The notes beneath the pieces are model-generated. The model did not search any database, had not been told where the DNA came from, and saw nothing but the letters and a program-made list of their open reading frames with translations. Source: Psammoneis japonica (Eukaryota). From it: 20,000 nucleotides of DNA. The translations under genes and the position numbers were made by a program. Shown here piece after piece: positions 1 through 10,349 of the stretch (position 1 is the stretch's first letter; the number at the start of each line of letters is the position of its first letter). The stretch is taken from assembly GCA_008632985.1 (NCBI GenBank), contig QPGO01000033.1, positions 618,175-638,174 on the forward strand. Reading direction: 5' to 3'.

Positions 1-1420
1 GGCCAGGGAAAGCTCGTGTGCTTCTGTCATGATGGATCAATGTAAACCAAAGTTGTTCTTTTTGTTCTGCAACATCAGAGTGCAGTGCAACAGATTGTCA
101 AGGCGCACCCGCACGTTGGCTGTGCTGTCAGCCAAATCAACACCATTTGCCGTTCACTCACTCGACAAATTACAAAGCTGATGATTCTTGTTGGCTGAAA
201 CTCTTGAGCTGCTTTTGAGACTTGACACAATGACCCACTTGTCCCATCCTTCACCCTCCACATTTCATCAGAGGCCGCAACACAGTGTTGTTCACTTTCC
301 TTTGTAAATTTTGGAACATTGAATTGCACAAAAGTGTGTCATCATTGTCCAACTTCAACAAAAATTTTAAGAGTCAAGTTGAATTTCTCATTTCCTTTTT
401 GTGTGTGCAATTGTTGCCTTTTTGTTTTGACCCAAATTTGCCAAAGACTTTCAATGCACATTTTGTCATCAAAAAATGAGTTTTGTTTTGATGAATTTGT
501 TGCACATTCATGGAAACGTCAACTTTGACAGTGCTTTTCAATGGCTCCACCGCAGTCTTGCGTGGCCCTGACAAAGAGAGAAGGGGCAGGAGGACTTGCC
601 GTGCCTGCCAATGTCAAGACTGCAAAGGACGTGGAGGCAAACATTTGTGTGAGCACCAGATGCATCCACAGTTGGGAAATCAACACTGCACTGCTGTCGT
701 GCCATTCAGCTAGACCAGCAATCACCAGCAAGAGTGACCATAAACTTGCCTTCTGTTGGCACAAAAAGCAAACATGCCCTCATGACAAGTGCACCCATTT
801 CCATCTCTCGCTGCTGTTTTGACTTTCGACCGGCATCCCAAGAGTGACACCATGGCCCGACGGCATCACGCAGCCCCTCGGCATTTCCACAGCCCCCCCC
901 CTTTCCCAAGGTCCATTGATGGCATTGTTGCATTGCAGCCCCTGCTCGCAGCTGTGATTTGTTGTGTGCTCTTCAGCAAAGTTGATTTTGTGTTCCCAAC
1001 ATCTGTCGATGGCGTCACCGTGGCCCAGCTCCTTGCCAACCGTGTGAGAATCAAGCAATGCCAACAGCAGCAAAAACACAGAAGGAGCTTTCACCCATTT
1101 TTGGACTTTCTCACCTCTGTTTTCTTGGACACACAATGTCAGAGTAAAATGTGGAATTGACCTGCATTGGCGTTGTTTGCAAGAGAAGGTTTGACGGCAA
1201 TGATCAAGCATCGGCTGCTTCTGCGCCATCATGGTGGTTTTTTGTGATGATTTTCTGCGCTGCGTTGTCTCACTTGAATGTGGAAAACTGTTTTGCATTC
1301 ATTGTTGCTTTGTTTCTACAAAGTTTGTGTCTTTTTCATGTTTGTTGGAGGCACACTAAAGAATCAGATTTTTTGCATCAAAACGAAGCATGACAACACA
1401 CACTTGGACTTGCAGCACTG

Positions 1421-1486
1421 AACTCTTTCTCCCTTCTTTTCCCTTTTCCTGTCTTCTCCTCTCTCTCTCCTCCCCTCCTCTTTTGT
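1421..1486 (+). repeat. CT-rich low-complexity pyrimidine tract (also at ~18153-18218)
   Basis: ctctttctcccttcttttcccttttcctgtcttctcctctctctctcctcccctcctctttt. Confidence 0.7.
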
Positions 1487-1921
1487 GTTCTGTCAATGAC
1501 ACCAAAAAATTGCCTTGTTTTCACCTGTGCCCACCAGTTTTCCAGTCAGCAGCTCCCTGCCTGCATTTTGGCACATTTTCTGCATGTGCAATGCTCTGCC
1601 CATTTCACAGCAGCGCACCCTCTCCCCAAAATGCATTTGACAAGAGGGTGTGCTGTTGTGTTGTTTGTCAGCAGCAGATCCTGAACCAATTTCATGGTGC
1701 TCACCTTTCGTCGCATGTTGCGAGACATCAGTTTGGAGTGAACTTTCCAATCGACAGATTCGCATGCTGGGTCAGACCATCTGCACTTCTCCTGCACATG
1801 TTGGATCAGAGCTGGGCTGGAAGCTTTGCAACGGAGAACTGATTTAAATTTCAAGCACACCTGAGCCGAAAAATGTCCGGAGAGACAGAAAAGGAACAGC
1901 AGAACCGCGTGCTTCTCCACC

Positions 1922-2673
1922 GTGACATCCAGGCAATGGCAGAATTTGTTCACACGATCATTGCCGGAGACAACCCAAATGATCCCACATCTGGTCAGCC
2001 TTGTTTCTGATTTTTACGTTGCAAAAGTCTCCAAAGTTTGATCAACGATCAAGCCCAAGACCTCCACAGTGCCCATTTTGTCACTGACATTGTCATGCGT
2101 CACGTTCAGTGCAAACCCAAGGACATGGACTGTCGGTTCCTGAAGATTTTCTGTCATGTCAATGCCCAAAAGGAATGGTGCCTCTTTGTCAACAGCTTTC
2201 CGGATGCATGCAATGCTGACGATCCTGGTTCCCAGGTGGATGAGATCAAGGGGTTCCTTGGTGACCCAACCGGCAACATCAAGAACACGGTGATGATGCA
2301 AGGCGATTCCCTTGCACGCCGGGAGGCTCATGAAGAAAAAATCAATTCCATGTTGAATCATGAATTTGAGAACCGTTGTCCCAAGGAGCAAAATGGCATC
2401 TGGCCTGGGCACAGCAAGCAGCTCACAATGCTTTGTTGCAGAATGCACGATCAGAGGGCCGACTGCTTGGAAGATGATGACAAACAACATTGCAAATCTA
2501 AAACCAAACGCAAAATTAAGAGGATCCGCAAAGATGGCACCTGTTTGTGCGATGGCAAGCAACCCGCCCACCTCCCACCTTTTGCCTTTCTGCCTGCATC
2601 TGTCATCTCAATGTCCCTTCTCACACTCCATGGTTGCACACGCCTCACCAGAGCCTTCCTTGACCGTCCCTGA
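1922..2673 (+). pseudogene. Decayed protein-coding-like segment of unknown family (second copy ~18655-19406)
   Basis: The frame reads like a natural globular protein (DIQAMAEFVHTIIAGDNPNDP...KSLQSLINDQAQDLHSAHFVTDIVMRHVQCKPKDMDCRFLKIFCHVNAQKEW...KTKRKIKRIRKDG). It has no Tyr, excess His/Cys and an in-frame TGA at 2008-2010. No family recognised. Confidence 0.35.
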
Positions 2674-3260
2674 CAAGAAGGCCAAGCCTGCATCTCACTC
2701 GAAACCAGCACCTCCTTCATTGTCTGGTGATGTGCCATTGTCTGGGGAGGGAGGAAGCGTTCCAGGCGCAGGTGGGAATCCGTGTGACATTGGGCCCGCA
2801 GAATTCTGCGTGCGAGCTCCGCAGTAAAATCACACGGCAATTAAAATGTGAAGTGCATCGTTTTTTACTCAGCCAGCTACATTCTTCAACCATTGAAGAG
2901 CGCAACTGGTGCATTGTTGTTTCCACAAATTCGTCACACAAAACATCTGGGGCTTCGCAAAACAGTGCTTCTGGACAATTTTTTAAAATGTCACATGTGG
3001 AAATGCATGTGCGAAACATGCGACGGATGACAAAAATCATTTGTGTCACACGTCAGTGCTGCGAGCTCCCACCTGGGGCTGAAACGCGTCGGAGGCGCGC
3101 CGGACTCTCACCGCTGACCTTCCGTCACTCTCAGAAATGATGGAAAACCAAAAACCTGCTCCCACCTCCAAAGGCCCTTTGTCCAAACTGCGTTCCTCTC
3201 CTCCGTCTGTTTCGGGCAAATCTTCCTGCAGTTGCGTCTCCTCCCAGCAACCCTGATGAC

Positions 3261-3725
3261 ATGTCGTGGCTGGACAAGTCCACACTCTGCAATCACTTTG
3301 ACCTGTCCAAGTGTCGGCCCGCCACCACCGAGGAAGTTGCTTCTCATTTGTCACACCTGCACATCATTGACAAAGCCACCAACACTGATCAGTTTCTTCG
3401 TCATTCCGCTGACTTTCACCTGGCAGACAACTTGCGGGAAAACTGGCACACGTTCTCAAACAATGCGCCTTCATGTGATTCCGCCACCGCATCTTGTGTC
3501 CGAACCAAGCACCCTCCTGACCTTGATCACTTCTCCAAGGAACTCTCCATTGCCAGACAAGCCAACTCTCTGTGCAAAGGGCACTTTGGGTGCATTCGTG
3601 TGTGCATTCCTGCCCTCCTTGGAGAGAGTGAGCTGCGGGATGAATTTGCAGCGGGTGCGTTTGATGATGCAAAACTGGTCATGGACAGGGGAGACGTTTC
3701 GACATTGGACACATTCCAGGTCTAG
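3261..3725 (+). pseudogene. Possible decayed coding segment, unknown family
   Basis: 154-aa Tyr-free ORF with protein-like composition (ALLGESELRDEFAAGAFDDAKLVMDRGD). No recognisable motif. Confidence 0.25.
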
Positions 3726-4638
3726 GTGGGACCTCACACTGCTGAACTGTGACATCGACAGTTTTTTGAATCGCGTCGTGTGTCGCGCACGTACATTTCT
3801 GCGTGATGTTGGCAAAATTTTGCATGATTTTATGGTGCAATCATCAGGCGATCCATTCAACAACTTTTAATGTTTTTTCCTTCTACGCCATTCTCGAGTG
3901 TCTTAAGAATGGCGTGGGGCAGGCGCGCTGTCCAAAACTTTGAGTGCGAACAGAGACATGTGTGCTGCAAACTTGGCCGTTCATTTTGTGTCGAAGACAA
4001 ATGTGTCCATTGACCAAAGTAAGAAATGCAGAGCTCGCACGCAGAATTCCATGGGGCGAATGTCACAAAAAGTCCCACCCAGGACTGGAGCCCGTCATTG
4101 AGACAGAAGTCAAGTGTCAGCTTGCCAACTTGTGGAATGGATGAGACAGGCACTTGTGGACCGTTGGGAGAAACATCACCAAGGGGAGGCACTTGTGGAC
4201 CATTGATGGACAAAAAGGGCATTGTTTGCGATGCATTGATGCTGGCAAAGTGGTTCCAGCGTGACATCTTGCAAGACCACCCTGAAAGACTGTGGTTCTG
4301 TGAGGAAATGGAGTTCTTCCTGTTGTCTCCAAGGACAGTCAATGAATGGACACTGGATTTAATTGCAGAGGAGGAGGATGAGCAGGAGAACTTTCACAGC
4401 AGGAGAGAGGAAATGCGTTGGGTGGAGAGATGACGGCGCGCCAAAGTTAACGAATTTGTGAGATTTGCCGGAGCGGAGACGAGGGCTTTCATTTGCATGA
4501 CTGATTGTTTGGACATTGGGCAATGCAGCAGGTTTAGAGCCACAAGGTTAGAGGGGGATGACAAAGTGGGTTGGAAAAAACGATTTGGCGCCAAAAAGGA
4601 TGGATGTGCTGCAGCCCCACCAGCAAACCAGAATGTCA

Positions 4639-4938
4639 TTAAAGCATGTGTGGGGTTTGTTCATTGTGGCAAAAATGACTTTTACAGGCACACGTTTTCA
4701 CAATGTTTTGAGCAAAATGCTTGTGCATGCTGTCAACAGCATGGAAGTGGATTTTGACATTGCAGCAACAGAGAGGTTTGAACTGGAATTTGCATGGATT
4801 CGAAATTTTCAAAAGATGACAAGGAATGGCAAAATTGTTGAATCATGCACACATCAAAAGATTTGGCTAATTCTCGATTGTGCTGCAATTGAGAAAAGAG
4901 AATCATTGATGAAAAGCATCAGATTTTCAGTGTTAAAG
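4639..4938. repeat. ~295-bp AT-rich dispersed repeat, copy 1
   Basis: ttaaagcatgtgtggggtttgttcattgtggc...agattttcagtgttaaag matches 5307-5606. Confidence 0.9.
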
Positions 4939-5064
4939 AGAGGTTTGAAAATTTCCCAATGGTGAAATGAGCTGGGGAACCAAGGCATGGAGCCACCCAC
5001 AATTGGCAACAGTGGCACAGGCTCAACATGAAAAAGAGCACGGTCACTCAGGCGATCAAGAACA

Positions 5065-6166
5065 TTGCAATGGCTGGCAAGTGCACCCATGTTTGCTGAA
5101 GTCGTGTTGACAGACAACAAAGCCAAGGGGATGCGTGGTCAGAAGAAACCGGCAGCGAGAGGCAAAGGAGGGAAGAAGAGCAAGAAGAGGAAGAAGAGCG
5201 ATCAGACAGCAGATGAAGAGCCGTTCCTGGTGACTTGGGAGGAGGAGACAGTGATGACGATTGTGGAGGGCAAGCGCAAGAACAAGGGAGCGCATGCTTG
5301 GTTCTGTTGAAGCATGTGTGGGGTTTGTTCATTGTGGCAAAAATGACTTTTACAGGTGCACGTTTTCACAATGATGTTTTGAGCAAAATGCTTGTGCATG
5401 CTGTTGACAGCATGGAAGTGGATTTTGACATTGCAGCGACAGAGAGGTTTGAGCTGGAATTTGCATGGATTCGAAATTTCCAAAAGATGACAAGAATGGC
5501 AAAATTGACAAAACACACACATTGAAAGATTTGGTTGATTCTCAATTGTGCTGCAATTGAGAAAAGAGAATCATTGATGAAAAGCATCAGATTTTAAGTG
5601 TTGAAGACGATTGTGGAGGACAAGCACAAGAACAAGGAAGTGCATGCTTGGTTCTGCAAAAACGTCCTGAAACTCACGAAGAGCACCACGGGTGAGACGA
5701 AGGCAGCCGGTCTGGCCACAGCAGGTGACGAGGCTCTGGGTCTGTTGATGCTGGAAAACTGCTGGAAGAGTTGGGAGCACAAGGCCCATCATGACAAGAC
5801 TGTTGGAGCTGGGGGGGCTCAGACGAAGAGGATGAGGAAGAGTCGGAACCAACACCCAAGCACATGGACCCGTCGAGGCAACGAGACTCATGGAAGGATG
5901 CAGGGACATTGCGATTCAATGAACTGCTTGCAGAAGTGAAGAAAGACAGGTTGAGTGAGGAGGGCATGCAGTTCGACACATGGTGCAGCGAAGGCAAGAA
6001 AAGGAAGAGTGATGAAAGAGGCAAGGGATCAAAAAGAAAGAAAAAGCCAGTGGGGAAGGAGGCAAGAACACAGGCAACGACAGAGCTTTCAAGTGACAAC
6101 AAGGAGAAGGAGGAAGAGGCAACGGACAAGAACAGAGGAGACAAGGACAGCAAGGAAGAGGATTGA
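5065..6166 (+). pseudogene. Interrupted, frameshifted gene for a charged protein; probably a transposon-associated hypothetical protein
   Basis: ORF pieces 5065-5310, 5598-5939 and 5864-6166 join into ...HAWFCKNVLK...TAGDEALGLLMLENCWKSW...SWKDAGTLRFNELLAEVKKDR..., followed by a Lys/Glu-rich tail. The DEA-x-LL-x-LEN-x-W and W-x3-G-x2-RFNEL-x3-V-x2-DR pattern resembles repeat-associated hypothetical proteins of diatoms (from recall, not searched). Confidence 0.45.
5307..5606. repeat. ~295-bp AT-rich dispersed repeat, copy 2, inserted in a decayed ORF
   Basis: ttgaagcatgtgtggggtttg...agattttaagtgttgaag, flanked by a 55-bp duplication (5252-5306 / 5602-5656). Confidence 0.9.
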
Positions 6167-7023
6167 GAAAGCGATGAGGGAAGCAAGACGAACGCAGATG
6201 CAGATGATGAGCGAGCTGCGGCACGAAAATGCAGTGGAGGCTTTTGTTGGTGTGAGAATGGAAAGCGGGTGAGCAGCACATCAGCGTTCAATGCAAACAG
6301 TTGTGGGGTTCTACGAAGCATTTTGATGGTCATTGTTGCATGATCCAAACTTTCATTTGACAACCAGTGTTCACAATGGAAGGTTCCTCAAACCCATGAA
6401 ATGCAATGATCAGCATTGACTTGTCATCAGACCAAACGTTTTGAATTTCGCATTGAAAAGGTAAAAAGGGACGGCATTCTGACAGTCAAGGGTTGGATCC
6501 CATGGGACAAGGTGGGTTCCCATGGTGAAAAATTGCACACTGTGACATGTGACAAAAAGCCACAGTCCACACAACTGTCAAGGATTGAAGCCTTGACACT
6601 CGTGCCTGTGACGGCAGCAAAAATCACCTGTGAGAAGGGTGGCCAGGATTGCTGCAATTTGCACTCTGACGTTGTTGCGCTGGCTGACAAACAGTGCAAA
6701 TGAGTCACATGTTTCTGGGTCACATGCTGCCTTGCAGCCAAAAGAAGCAATCTTTGCCTTTAGAGCCACCATGATGCACTGGTCTGCCAAATCAAACTCC
6801 GCATCACCATGGACAGTCGGGGAGAAATGTTGTCAAAACTGCGCGATGATGTGTTTGAGCTCTTGAGAGCTCACCCAGCTTGAGACATCATGGCTCCAAG
6901 TTGCCATGTTTGTCGTGAACTCTTCCTGATGCTGTGTCTGTGACTTGGCTTCGTCGTTCAATTGCCGTGGCCATCGCACTTCAGAGGCGACATTCTTGAC
7001 AAGAAAAAGTGTCTCTGGGACAC

Positions 7024-7242
7024 TGACAGGATTTGATCAAGATTGACCAACTCGACCAAATCCGACCCAACGACTTGAAAAATGCGACACCCAGGATTCG
7101 AGCCCAGGCCATCAAGTGACTGGTTGCCAACCAAACCATTCACAGTGCAGCTCAAGTCGAGAGGCTTTTTGCACACAGCAGCTGGATGTGTTTCAGCCAG
7201 AGAGTGACATGCCGGCATTCAACTCTTCTTTGAATTCTGTCA
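7024..7242 (-). repeat. TRIM LTR (3')
   Basis: tgacaggatttgatc...gaattctgtca. Confidence 0.88.
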
Positions 7243-7679
7243 CTCCCCATGTGTCACGAATCTGTCTGATGTGGCTGTCCCTGAATCGCCCCCACAAGGT
7301 TTCTAAGTCACCCAGGATCATTCGGACGGGCAGGTTGAATCGCTCCTCTCACAAAGCTCCGCTGCTGTCAAGGGACCCACCCACATCTTCCGTGCCGGAG
7401 TTGAAGACAGGGCTCAAACATGGACTCTCGCCGCAGTGCATGGCACTCCCTGCAGTGCGCCGATGTCGACTGCATTGCTGACAGATTCCAAGCTCCCTGG
7501 GCAATTTTTCGCGCCCCCCTCATTCAAAGCATGCTGAGCGGCTGCCCTCTGCACACCGGCAACACCCCATTCTGCCCCGACGGCTTCACAGGGGCTTCCC
7601 GACAATGCTGTCCCCCCGAGGCAGGCATGCCCCGTTTTTGAGACAGAGAGATGCGCGCGTCACTCTGAGAATCACGCCA

Positions 7680-7897
7680 TGACAGGATTTGATCAAGATT
7701 GACCAACTCAACCAAATCCGACCCAACGACTTGAAAAATGCGATGCCCAGGATTCGAGCCCAGGCCATCAAGCAGCCGGTTGCCAACTGGACCATTCGCC
7801 GCACAGCTCAAGCTGAGAGGCTTTTGCACACAGCAACTGGATGTGTTTCAGCCAGAGAGTGACATGCCAGCATTCAACTCTTCTTCGAATTCTGTCG
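7680..7897 (-). repeat. TRIM LTR (shared middle)
   Basis: tgacaggatttgatc...gaattctgtcg (terminal CA changed to CG). Confidence 0.88.
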
Positions 7898-8320
7898 CTC
7901 CCCATGTGTCACGAATCTGTCTGATGTGGCTGTCCCTGAATCGCCCCCACAAGGTTTCCATGTCACCCAGGATCATTCGGACGGGCAGGTTGAATCGCTC
8001 CTCTCACAAAGCTCCGCTGCTGTCAAGGGACCCACCCACATCTTCGATGCCGGAGTTGAAGACAGGGCTCAAACATGGACTCTCGCCGCAGTGCATGGCA
8101 CTCCCCACAGCGTGCCGATGTCGACTGCATCGCTGACAGATTCCAAACTCCATGGGCAATTTTTTCATGCCCCCCTCATTCAAAGCATGCTGAGCGGCTG
8201 CCCTCTGCACACTGGCAACACCCCATTCTGCCCCGACGGCTTCACAGGGGCTTCCCGACAATGCTGTCCCCCCGAGGCAGGCATGCCCCGTTTTTGAGAC
8301 AGAGAGACGCACGCGTCACT

Positions 8321-8335
8321 GTGAGAATCGCGCCA
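8321..8335 (-). promoter_or_regulatory. Putative primer-binding site of the TRIM (second copy 7665-7679)
   Basis: Minus strand TGGCGCGATTCTCAC directly after the LTR; TGG is complementary to the tRNA CCA end. The tRNA identity was not determined. Confidence 0.65.
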
Positions 8336-8554
8336 TGACAGGATTTGATCAAGATTGACCAACTCGACCAAATCCGACCCAACGACTTGAAAAATGCGAT
8401 GCCCAGGATTCGAGCCCAGGTCATCAAGCAGCCGGTTGCCAGCTGGGCCATTCGCCGCGTGGCTCAAGTCGAGAGGCTTTTTGCACACAGCAGCTGGATG
8501 TGTTTCAGCCAGAGAGTGACATGCCGGCATCCAACTCTTCTTCGAATTCTGTCA
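8336..8554 (-). repeat. TRIM LTR (5')
   Basis: tgacaggatttgatc...gaattctgtca. Confidence 0.88.
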
Positions 8555-9497
8555 GACACCTCGCGACAACGGAGACCCTGCAGAACAAAAGAGCAGCACA
8601 GAAAGAGAAATCGCGCGTGAGCCAAACGGTCACAAGCACGCAAAGCCCCGACAAAACACACAGCATGAATGGCAACGCACAAGGTTGGTCGTGATGCAAC
8701 AGAAGTGACGTTGTCAATGCGAGCCTTCAGCAAGAATTTTCACCATGATCCACCCACATGAACCTGGGTGTTCTCGACCTTGTCTCGCAGAAGATGACGC
8801 AATGTGCCAAACTCCGTTGAGAGCATCCAGGTTCCGACCTCAGAGATGATCGCATTTTTTGGCTTGGCAAAACACCATTGTTCGTGCTGTTTTGCGTGTC
8901 ATTTTGAGCCATGAGCCAGAAAACACTCCCAAAAACTGTTCTGCAGGGTGAAGTGCACTGAGTCTGCACAGATTTGGGCTGTTCCAGGCTGCGCAGAAAG
9001 TGAGCGGGCCAAAAACTCTGGTGCACCCACTCAAACACATTCGACAACTGACTGACAACAGATCGGTTGACTGGCTTCCCAAAGCGCCACTTGTGTTGTG
9101 CCCTTCCCCAGCTGCTCTCCGGCTGGTGCCATGGAGTGCAGTCGTTCAATTTAGATTGTGCCTGCAACATCATTTGCAACAAACGTGACTGCCACTTTTC
9201 ACACATTGTCTGCCAAACAGGTGTTGGCTCCAGCTCATGTGTCTCAGTGCAACCCACCACGTGGCTTTCCTCATCCCCCAACCCATTGCCCCCCTCCTCC
9301 ACTTTCCTGTCATGCTCTGCCACAATCTTCCTGCAAAAATCCTCCCTCTTGCGTTTCCTGGGTGCGCTCCCTTCCGCGTCTCCGTTCTTGGAGTTCCCTG
9401 CCATGAAAAGCTTCAGGCGTCTCACGCACTTTCTCCTCTTTGCCCCGCGCTCTTCATCGGGCAGGTTCTTGTTGTTCTGCAGCTCTGTGGTGACCAG

Positions 9498-9962
9498 CAA
9501 AATGGCCAAGGGCACAAAATCAAAAAGGACAAAAAATGTCTTTTGAGGGCGCCAAATCACAAAGGGCACAAACCAGGCAGGGGCACAAAATTGCTGTCAC
9601 AAAATGGCTGAGGGCGCAAAATGGTGGCTGAGGGCACAAAGCTGCCAAGGGCAAAAAATCAGAAAGGGTCCAAAATGGCAAAAGGCACAAAACCACAATG
9701 GCCAAAAATTGCTGAAGGCACAAAATCATGAGGGGCACCAAATGCGGCTGAGGGCCCAAAACCAAAAAAGGCACAAAATGGCAAAGGGCACAAAGTCACA
9801 AAGGGCGCAAAATGGCCAAGGGCACAAAACCACGAGACAGGGCAAAGTGCTCAAGGGCACAAAAAAAGGAAAGGGCACAAAGCAGCCAAGGGCACAAAAA
9901 GGTCAAGGGCACAAATCAAGAATTGCGCAACATGGCTGAGGGCACAAAATCTCAAAGGTGCC
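9498..9962. repeat. Degenerate minisatellite built on the motif AGGGCACAAAA (units ~20 bp)
   Basis: About 20 recurrences of ggcacaaa/ggcgcaaa interleaved with aaatggccaa/aaatggctga. Confidence 0.85.
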
Positions 9963-10308
9963 ATGCCAAATGCGAAAATGCAAAATGCGAAAATGCAAAA
10001 AAAATGCGAAATGCGAAAATGCAAAAATGCGAAAATGCTGAAACAAAATGCGGAAACGCGGAAATGCGAAAATGCGGAAACGCGGAAATGTGAAAATGCG
10101 GAAATGCAAAAATGCGGAAATGCGAAAATGCGGAAATGCGGAAGTGCGGAAATGCGGAAATGCGAAAATGCCCAAACGCGGAAATGCGGAAATGCGAAAA
10201 TGCAGAAATGTGGAAATGTGGAAATGCAAAAATGCAAAGAAATGCAGAAATGCAGGAATGCAGAAAAACACGAAAACACAGAAATGTGGAAATGCAAAAA
10301 TGCAAAAA
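9963..10308. repeat. 8-bp satellite (GAAATGCG / AAAATGCG)n
   Basis: About 40 degenerate units, e.g. gaaatgcg gaaatgcg aaaatgcg, with variants gaaacgcg, gaaatgtg, aaaatgca, gaaaacac. Confidence 0.93.
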
Positions 10309-10336
10309 GGGTCAGGCTTGGGTTTGGGGTTGGGGC
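10309..10336 (+). repeat. Degenerate telomere-like hexamer tract
   Basis: ggg tcaggc ttgggt ttgggg ttgggg. Each hexamer has CA or TG where TTAGGG has TA; two also differ at the last base. Confidence 0.45.
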
Positions 10337-10349
10337 TTGTTTCTGAATC

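Larger units (their letters stand above)
1..3273. repeat. Copy 1 of a large direct repeat (>=3.27 kb; period 16,727 bp)
   Basis: ggccagggaaagctcgtgtg at 1 recurs at 16728. The copies stay colinear to the window end, and matching ORFs are offset by 16727 (75..329 vs 16802..17056). Differences are mostly transitions plus a few small indels. Confidence 0.97.
7024..8554 (-). mobile_element. Tandem-array TRIM-like non-autonomous LTR retroelement (LTR-int-LTR-int-LTR)
   Basis: 656-bp period. Three ~219-bp repeats are bounded by TGACAG...CTGTCA inverted ends. A perfect 5-bp TSD GACAC lies at 7019-7023 and 8555-8559. On the minus strand, TGGCG(C/T)GATTCTCA (PBS-like) directly follows an LTR and ATGGGGAG (PPT-like) directly precedes the next. 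The ~437-bp internal part has no gag/pol motifs. Confidence 0.9.

Noticed and set aside
1..3273. Large direct repeats as LTRs of a giant retroelement
   Set aside because: The boundaries lie outside the window, so termini, PBS, PPT and TSD cannot be assessed, and the internal Copia has its own LTRs.
4149..4202. Short direct repeat ggcacttgtggacc x2
   Set aside because: 14-bp local duplication with no further structure.
9498..10308. CRISPR-like array
   Set aside because: Short degenerate units, no constant repeat with unique spacers, no cas genes, eukaryotic context.
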